In this document: positions 56,540 through 64,000 of the stretch, one piece after another
Layout: each line of letters starts with the position of its first letter
How positions within the stretch are numbered: position 1 is the first letter of the stretch
Assembly: GCA_052426225.1 (NCBI GenBank)
Contig: JBNJNM010000021.1
Location: forward strand, 2,914,001-2,978,000
Source: Zancudomyces culisetae HAW-14-8
Taxonomy: Eukaryota > Fungi > Kickxellomycota
DNA: 64,000 bases
Direction of reading: 5' to 3'
The notes under the pieces: generated by a model
Told to the model about the DNA's origin: nothing
The model's database searches: none
What the model saw: only the letters and a program-made list of their open reading frames with translations
Translations under genes and position numbers: made by a program

Positions 56540-58053
56540 ATGTCTGAAGACGAAAAATACAAGATTCTCAATCAAATCCATCAAAATGTCAATTATCTTA
56601 AGGAATTTGATTTTACAAAACCAGCTTTGAACTTCATTTCTTTGGGTATATATCCAGAGGGAGAATCGTCCAGTGAAGCTAAGAGCAAGGCGGGATTTAT
56701 AGTCAGAAAGGCTACTGAGGCAGAGGCATTCCATGCCTTGCCGGCAATTAAGCAAATGCTTTCCAATTCTTCTGCTCATTTACAACAGCTCAAGTCACTT
56801 CAAATAAAGTAAGTATTCTTGCACAGGGCTATTATGCTTAAGCATTCTATATTATTATTTGTTTTTTTATTTGTGGATTCGAATTGCTATAACTATTACA
56901 TTATGGCTACAAAACAAGAAATATTTGGATTCTGTTCAAACAAACTCTGCTAACTCAGCTTGTAACTAAAATCGATCATAGGGATTTTTCAACTATGGAG
57001 AATAGACTAAAGTTTGAAAGTATATACAACAATGCGGTAGATCTAGCCGATCTGTGTGAAATAACAGCTGTTAGTGAGCGGCTAATAAACGCAGCATCGG
57101 AATATTCTAGCTTGATAGCAGCTCATGACGAAATGAAGGCTGAACTGGCCAAAATGGTTATAGACAAGGATACGTTGCATCGTATATCGTCTCATGAAGC
57201 TGCAAAGGCTGAATTGGAAAATATAAAGCAAGAAGTTATCCATGTGGATCAGGAGCTGGAAGAGGATAGAAAAAAATATAGCATATTACAGGGTGAATAT
57301 AACCGCCTAGTAGCCGATCTCCGAGAACTTGAGTTTACCGAAAATAATGAAGCAAATGGACCCACAAACGAGTTTGCAAATCCAATGACAGAAGGTGCTG
57401 TGTTGACGAAAGAACAGCAGGATAATATGCTTGTTGAAGAAGTAATTCGCAATCTCAAGGAGCAAATCGCTCAGGAGGAGCAAGAGTGCATTAAACTGCA
57501 AAACTCGCTGAATAGTTCGATGAATGGGTCAAAAATGCTGGAAAATATGTTCTTTATACTACAAAACATCGAGCATTCCAAAGGTGGGCCGATCCTTGAG
57601 CCCAGTGATTACAGCCAACTTAACAAGCTCTATCTTGACAAGCTACTTGCCGTTATTATGCTGATAACAGAGACGTGTAAGGCACACAAGATCTCTGATT
57701 TTGTATATGAATCGGTTTTGGACTATGAGTCAAATTTTTGGTACAACTCCTTTGATGAGTTCCAAATGGCGGGAAATGTCTTTACTAATACGCCCAACAT
57801 CACTACCAGCAATAGCAACAACGCTACCAATTCCAATACACGGTATTTGTGGTCGATAATACTAAAGTTGTTGACAAAAGAGATGTATACCGATGAATTG
57901 GCATCTCAGCTGGTATCATTGGGTGCCATCAATGCAGCTTCTGAGTTTCAGCCCAATAAAATGCTGTATCCATTATTTGCCAGAAACATTGTAGAATTGA
58001 AACCTCAGAATGATGGAAAAGTGAAAGTTACTCCTACTTGGGTAACTTTGTAG
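56540..58053 (+). CDS. Coiled-coil protein resembling DASH subunit Spc34, with a C-terminal extension; exons 56540-56808 and 56982-58053
   Basis: LNQI...L..F.F.KP...IVR.AT..E N-terminus and L.LC...V.ERL...Y..L helix recall Spc34 from memory; the GTAAGT...TAG intron keeps frame. Confidence 0.55.
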
Positions 58054-59094
58054 ACAAGACGGTTTATTTCTCGTATTTTATATGTATACGTATAGTTGTG
58101 ATGTATTATGATTGATGTTCTTGGTTTTGTAGTTGATTTTTGCCTTTTGCTTTTTTTCTGTGCCTTTGTTGAATTATACAATTTTTATGGTTAAAAAACA
58201 AATGATTAAATCCACCAGTATGTCGGCACATCATTGTGATACTTATTTCCAGTTTATCACAATTAATTGTAAATTGTAACAAATGCCACATGCAACAATG
58301 TTACTACGAACCATCAGAAATACATTTATTTTTTCTTAAATCTTTTCAATGGGTTATGTGAAAATGATATACTTTATGACTAGAATAGCCGGCACTCTCA
58401 TATTATTAAAATGCTATTATGTGCTAGTTTAGGAGTGAGGTATGAACCATCTTTTATATATCTATTGTTCCAATTGTTCCGGAAAAAATCAGCTCTTCAA
58501 ATTGTTTATGCGTCAAAAACTAAAAAAATCAAAAATAAATAAATAAAAATAAATCTGCATAATTGAGTAAAATGATCAATAAAAAAAATTTTTCCTTTAA
58601 TTGTTATGTTTAATGGGCGGAATACAGAAAAATTCGGGGGAGTAAATTAGACGGTGATGAATGTTGTGAATAATATAATATAGCTAAATCAATAAAGGAA
58701 AAAAGAAAAAATCAAATATGCAAATAGCCAAAAGGTAACTTTTTATATTTATTTGCAGCTAATAATCGCATAGAATTTCAAGCAATTTCCTGGTAATTTT
58801 TCTAGAGTTTTAGTACAACGCCCTCTCATTTGCTAATTCCTCACAAAAAAAATTTTTTTTTATCCAAAATAAGCACGAAAAGGGCAACAACAGAGATTAT
58901 TTTTTTTTTAGGTCATAACTGCCAATTCTGAAATTGGTAATATACATTATTCAAACCTTTTTTTTAAACATGAAAGTGTTATGATGTAATTATACTCATA
59001 TTAGAGCTAGCAACCTTGACAATAAAATAAAACGAATAAAGTTAATTATTAAAACTAAATATTGCGTCAAGTTGAATTGTATTAAAAAGAGCTT

Positions 59095-61734
59095 ATGTTG
59101 GACAATTATTCAGAAACTGGATCAATCGAATTCAGCTCCCCAGTGCTTACCAGAACAAACAGTTACCATTTTACACAGGATTCTATCGCTTCCACCAGCT
59201 ACAACAACAGCAGCAACAACAATAACAATAACAATAACAATAACAATAACACCATCACAAGTATGGACAATAGCGACTGTAGCAACAATCGTGCACCAAA
59301 AAGAAAATCGCCAATCGAAAGAAGGTTCAAATTGCGAGTTTGCGTCATATCAAAGATCGCACTAGAGAATAGAGCCAGCTATAAGAATAGAATCCAGGAC
59401 AATTCCACTCATGCGAACAGTGATTACAATCCCAGGTATAATGTAAATCGTAGGAATACACTGGCCGGTAGCAGTGTTCCAAATACTGATTCTGACCAGT
59501 CCTGGTACACACAACTTTTCAACAATACATCTTCAAATATTGAAGTACTCAAACGTTTCATATACATCACTACTACCGAAAAGGAGATTGGAGAGCTAAA
59601 ACACGAGCTCAAGACAATGTACCACAAGCTGTACCCAAATGAAAGCGATTTAAATGTGCTGACGATTCTTGACTCTCAATTCTGTGAATTACAGAATGAG
59701 TACAGGGTAAAAGAGGTCTTTGATGAGAGTAATATATTGTATACTGTAGTAGATGTTACAGGTTCTACTTTAAAAGTAAACAACAAAGGTGGCTTATCAA
59801 AAACAAATGAAAAGGTAATCACCAGTACTGATGTAAATAGCGCTAATAAAAAGATGAAGCTTTCAAATGAAGACGACAAGAGTGTAAAAGCAAGTCGTAG
59901 AAAAAGTAAAAGTATGGTGGAAAATCAAGATAATGTTCCAGTAAAAAACGCACCGTCAAAGCTAGAGCAGCCTCCTACACAAACAGCAAATGAATCAATG
60001 ACAAAAAAAAAGAAAAAGAAGGCTGCAAATGCACGGAAGGAACAAGAAAGGCAGAAAGCTGAAAAGGAGCAACGTGCTGAAAGTGAAAAAGTTAAAAGCC
60101 AGGTGCATGACAAACAGTTAAGTCAGAGTCCCAATGTAAATAATTTAACTTCCAGCGTTGCTAAGCCAGATGTAGTTGATCAGGATAAAGCAACAAGCAA
60201 TAAAGACAAAGTCGCAGCGAGCAGCATGCCTAAAAACAAGAGTAGTATAAAACTGGACAATAAGCAGAATCCAACTAATCAAAAGGAGACCGAGATGGCT
60301 GTAGACACTAGCAGCAAAGTTAGTAATGATCGCAGCAACAAAATTGATAAATTGGATGATGTTACAGATAACAGTGCTAAAATTAGTATTGATAAGATTT
60401 ATCCAAGCAATGAAAAGGTGGATCTTTTAATAAGTAACTACATGAACAAAAAACAATTGCAAGGACCATTGGCCTCACCAATCAAGGGCTCGCCAAATAG
60501 CGAACAACTTCAAAACCAAGGCCAGCCAACACAAAATGTTCAGGATAATATTAAATTGGAGAATAATCGAAAATTGGTACCAAAATCAAAATCAAAATCA
60601 AACACAAAAGAAAATGCAAATGCAAATGTAACTGATGTCCCAGCTGCAGTTGCGAAACCTATTCAAACTCAAAAACTCACTTCACCAGCTAAAAAACAAC
60701 TACACCCTGTACCAACAACGTTGATTTCAACTCCCAAATCCTCTTCACACGCGCCATCATCATCACCTTTATCCTCCTCACCCTCACTCCCACTCTCGCA
60801 ACTACATCTACAGCAACAGCAACAGCCACCCTCGCCCATAGCCCTGCCGTCTCCTTCACCATCGCCTTCAAAATCACCTTCCTTGTCGCCCTCTTCATCT
60901 TCTTCGTCGGATTCTTCATCCGAAAGCGATATCCAATCTTCAGCTGAGAACCCCAATAAGGCTAATATTTCTAAAAAAAATAGTTCCAATATAACAAACC
61001 AAAAATCAAAGCCACATGAATCGACAGCGCTTTCCACACTCATTTCAGATTCCGACTCCAAAAACCGTACAAACATTGTACAAACCCAAAAGGACATGAC
61101 TTCCACCAATCCATCAGCCGGGACAAAGACTGATGCCAAAACTAATGTACAAGTTTCCTCAGAAACCATCATTGATGAACTAACTATTAATGCACAGCTG
61201 GTGAAAACTCCACCTCTAAAGCCAATCAAAGATCAGACCTCCGCCAATTCTCAACAACCCAATGGTAGGTTTATAAACTCAATTAAGCGAGCGATTAAAA
61301 AGAATTCGTTGAATCTAAGTCTGCCTAATGTTACTCCTCTGACTGAATTGGCAAAAACAAAGCCATTTGATGAGCTGCGAAAGAGAGCAAATGAAATGGT
61401 CACTAGCCGAGTTGTCAGCAACTCCACCACTCCATTTGGTTCAGCTACAAATACCAATAGAAACTCTTCGTCTTCTGACTACTCCTCTTCATCCGATTCA
61501 TCTTCTTCTGATTCGTCTTCTGACGATGATGATGATGATGATGATGATACTAGCAACAAAACCAAAAGTAAAAACAAAAACTCGTCAAAAGATGCTGGTC
61601 AACAAAAGATTGGTTCTAAAATCCCTTTAAACACGAAGAACAGCAATAATCCGTTCATTAACCCTTCATCTTCTTCGATAGGCATTTCCAAACATAACCC
61701 TAGAAATAGAAAAAGTTCCTTGTTATATTTATAA
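59095..61734 (+). CDS. Net1/Dnt1/Tof2-like nucleolar protein (Cdc14-binding N-terminal domain plus a long low-complexity tail)
   Basis: KLRV...KRFIYIT...IGEL..E....Y.KLYP.E..L....I.D...CEL..EY.V.EVF matches the Net1/Dnt1 N-terminal domain pattern; poly-N, S/P-rich and poly-D tracts. Confidence 0.72.
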   Translation: MLDNYSETGSIEFSSPVLTRTNSYHFTQDSIASTSYNNSSNNNNNNNNNNNNTITSMDNSDCSNNRAPKRKSPIERRFKLRVCVISKIALENRASYKNRIQDNSTHANSDYNPRYNVNRRNTLAGSSVPNTDSDQSWYTQLFNNTSSNIEVLKRFIYITTTEKEIGELKHELKTMYHKLYPNESDLNVLTILDSQFCELQNEYRVKEVFDESNILYTVVDVTGSTLKVNNKGGLSKTNEKVITSTDVNSANKKMKLSNEDDKSVKASRRKSKSMVENQDNVPVKNAPSKLEQPPTQTANESMTKKKKKKAANARKEQERQKAEKEQRAESEKVKSQVHDKQLSQSPNVNNLTSSVAKPDVVDQDKATSNKDKVAASSMPKNKSSIKLDNKQNPTNQKETEMAVDTSSKVSNDRSNKIDKLDDVTDNSAKISIDKIYPSNEKVDLLISNYMNKKQLQGPLASPIKGSPNSEQLQNQGQPTQNVQDNIKLENNRKLVPKSKSKSNTKENANANVTDVPAAVAKPIQTQKLTSPAKKQLHPVPTTLISTPKSSSHAPSSSPLSSSPSLPLSQLHLQQQQQPPSPIALPSPSPSPSKSPSLSPSSSSSSDSSSESDIQSSAENPNKANISKKNSSNITNQKSKPHESTALSTLISDSDSKNRTNIVQTQKDMTSTNPSAGTKTDAKTNVQVSSETIIDELTINAQLVKTPPLKPIKDQTSANSQQPNGRFINSIKRAIKKNSLNLSLPNVTPLTELAKTKPFDELRKRANEMVTSRVVSNSTTPFGSATNTNRNSSSSDYSSSSDSSSSDSSSDDDDDDDDDTSNKTKSKNKNSSKDAGQQKIGSKIPLNTKNSNNPFINPSSSSIGISKHNPRNRKSSLLYL

Positions 61735-61821
61735 TTTTATTTTTCACAATTGCTACTTGATTAAACATACTTGCTTGCTATGCAGTTTTTATATTTAATT
61801 TTTTGTTTTTGCTAATTTCAC

Positions 61822-63714
61822 CTATTTCTTTTTACGCTTGATCAGATTAGTGCTTAACACATTTACTTGGCCGTTCTTGCTTTCATTTCTATCAATACCC
61901 TGTCCTTTTCTTTTAAACGTAACAATATTTGTAACCCCACTACCATTAGTGACAGTAGTTTGTTTAGTATTTTCAATAGCCTTACACAGGACCCTTTGTA
62001 CTTCAGATTCACTGTCCATATTTGCAACCTCCACAAAATGACAATCTATGTTACACCCATCCTGAACATTTAGCATATCAATCACATATTCTCTAAATTT
62101 TCTAGTAGATCTAACCGCGGTCTCAATGGTAGAATAATCCATTTCCTCTAAATCAATCAACTTGTTATTGATTCTGTTATAAACATCGGGTTCAAGAGCA
62201 TTCTCCTCAAGCATAGAGTCAAATTGATAATCCATCGTGGCCATTCCACCTTTACACTTGTTATTAACACCATTATCATCACCAACGTTTTTACTACATT
62301 TGATTGCTTGCTCCTTCCTTCCGATTTCTATATTGAAGAATCCTGTCATATGTCCACTGCCACATTCCTCGCTAATACTTACAAGTGCCAAAACTTCAGC
62401 AATACTAGTTTTCTTGTACTTAACTGCGGGGCCGCCGTTGTTCGTTTTAGCAGGTGTATTTTCATAGATCTTTTGCAGTTGTCTAGTTATCGGATCATCC
62501 GGATATTGTGGAATGGTTTCGATCGCTGGAAGTCTCATCTTTGTGGCATCACAATATCCGTAATTCCAGGAAATTTTCACAAGTTCCCCATAGCTGTAGC
62601 AAGTGTTCTGGCGATAACTATCGTTATCAGCATTACCTATAATAGATTCACTTGTCGACGGTGATTTCGGAGATCGAACTTTGTTTATCAGTTCATGTAA
62701 CCACTTAATTTCAAGACTACTTTCTACATTCGGAATCCACACATTCGCATTGATCGTTGTTTCCACTTTATTAATTCTATTTTCCTTTAAATTAGATATC
62801 TTCTCATTAGCAATACTGGAGTCAGTCACGCGACCTCCTTCTACATGCTTACATTCAAGCACAGGAGAATTTTTCACTTGTTCTGTTACGTAGTTACAGG
62901 CACTGTTTTTTAGTTTGTAGTACTCGAAAAATATATCAAAAGTCCTAGTCCACCATTTCACAAGCTCTGAACCCTCCAAAATACGCTTATTACGAATGTT
63001 TTTCTTGGAGTTAGCAAATAAATATTCTGGTTGAGCTCTAGCGAACGTGTATACAAGTACGTTTTCAATATCTTTATTATAAGCAGTATTGTATTTATAC
63101 TTGATCGCATATTCCAAGTATCCCACAATCAACGCTCTAACATAACCCAAAGAAGGACGCTTCTGCTCATCTTTGATATTTGGAGCTTTTTCGTTTCCAT
63201 ATCCTGAACTATCTACCTTTTCTATATATATTACTATCCGCCTTGTTTTCTCGTTCTGATTGCCGTTCTTGCTGGAATTTTTACAGACTTGAATTTCTAA
63301 ACCCCCAACTAGAGAGTTTGAGATTTCCGTACCACACAAGTTTGATTTATAAGAATATTGATGATAACTCGAAATATTTTTCCCAGCCTCAGTCTGCTCC
63401 TTTTCCAGAATTTTATTATTGTTAACCAATATGCTGTATTCCCTTACCTGGATTCCCGCAACAAGTACTTGTTCCCCGTTTCCAATCTTTTTTGAAAGCA
63501 ACAATATTAAATTCTGCTCCACTGTCTCATTATTTGATTCCTGATTCCATTCGCCCGCGGTTAAAGCCGGTAGTATAGTTTTTTTTGGAATTTCAGGTTT
63601 TGTATAAAAAGTATAGATTTGTCCATCGGAAGAATCGGGAATAGTCTGAACTACAGATCGGACAGATCCAATTAATGTTCCTTGTTTGATTATTGCTTTA
63701 TTGAAACTATTCAT
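61822..63714 (-). CDS. RTT109: Histone H3K56 acetyltransferase Rtt109 (KAT11)
   Basis: YIEKVDSSGY, FARAQPEYLF.NS...KRIL.G.ELVKWW, IPQYPDDP.TR motifs. Confidence 0.9.
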   Translation of the reverse strand: MNSFNKAIIKQGTLIGSVRSVVQTIPDSSDGQIYTFYTKPEIPKKTILPALTAGEWNQESNNETVEQNLILLLSKKIGNGEQVLVAGIQVREYSILVNNNKILEKEQTEAGKNISSYHQYSYKSNLCGTEISNSLVGGLEIQVCKNSSKNGNQNEKTRRIVIYIEKVDSSGYGNEKAPNIKDEQKRPSLGYVRALIVGYLEYAIKYKYNTAYNKDIENVLVYTFARAQPEYLFANSKKNIRNKRILEGSELVKWWTRTFDIFFEYYKLKNSACNYVTEQVKNSPVLECKHVEGGRVTDSSIANEKISNLKENRINKVETTINANVWIPNVESSLEIKWLHELINKVRSPKSPSTSESIIGNADNDSYRQNTCYSYGELVKISWNYGYCDATKMRLPAIETIPQYPDDPITRQLQKIYENTPAKTNNGGPAVKYKKTSIAEVLALVSISEECGSGHMTGFFNIEIGRKEQAIKCSKNVGDDNGVNNKCKGGMATMDYQFDSMLEENALEPDVYNRINNKLIDLEEMDYSTIETAVRSTRKFREYVIDMLNVQDGCNIDCHFVEVANMDSESEVQRVLCKAIENTKQTTVTNGSGVTNIVTFKRKGQGIDRNESKNGQVNVLSTNLIKRKKK

Positions 63715-64000
63715 GCTTTTATATTTAATTATGTAGAGTTGGAAGGATACTGAGCGAAATTACTATAAATGTTAAAACTGAATTAGTATAATTCAACTTT
63801 TGAAATGGAAAATCAAAAACTAAATAAATCGGACATTTTAACGCTAGCCAATAAATAGCTAGCGGTTTATTTATAAATTCGACTTTAACCCAACCAAATA
63901 TTTCATCAATATAAAATAAAATATTTATCAAATTGAATAAACGTGATAGAATAAAATAAACAATAATCATATTCATCTTGTTTAGAAAACTAAAATTATA

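Noticed and set aside
61822-63714. RTT109 (regulator of Ty1 transposition) near a retrotransposon stack as a functional link
   Set aside because: It is 26 kb away among housekeeping genes; nothing suggests more than coincidence.

Overview
AT-rich, intron-containing eukaryotic DNA, fungal by gene content (an early-diverging fungus such as Harpellales is my guess, not provable here). The left 35.7 kb is one structure: two divergent tRNA loci, tRNA-Val(AAC) on - at 1905-1978 and a tRNA-Ala(TGC)/tRNA-Lys(CTT) tandem on + at 35540-35686, enclose a gap-free 33.5 kb stack of about 20 LTR-retrotransposon insertions. These are 14 solo LTRs, one short non-coding element with mismatched LTRs, and five Ty3/gypsy elements with internal domains, two of them nested. 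Units abut each other through 2-5 bp spacers that are mostly re-duplications of the 4-mer 4-8 nt upstream of each tRNA (GTTG on the left; AGAC/CAGA/AAGA/CACA on the right). This implies repeated, orientation-specific integration at the tRNA 5' ends. Many otherwise unrelated LTRs share a U-rich internal-loop stem-loop resembling an ENE triple-helix element. One nested element has AGT...ACT termini and a primer site complementary to the tRNA-Ile anticodon arm. The other is a self-priming chromovirus with a -1 frameshift pseudoknot and heat-shock elements. The right 28 kb holds host genes: ABCC/MRP transporter, glutamyl-tRNA synthetase, F-box-like/ankyrin protein, Spc105/KNL1, a Spc34-like protein, a Net1/Dnt1-like protein and Rtt109. 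Several frameshifts look like assembly indels. All alignments and folds were done by eye.
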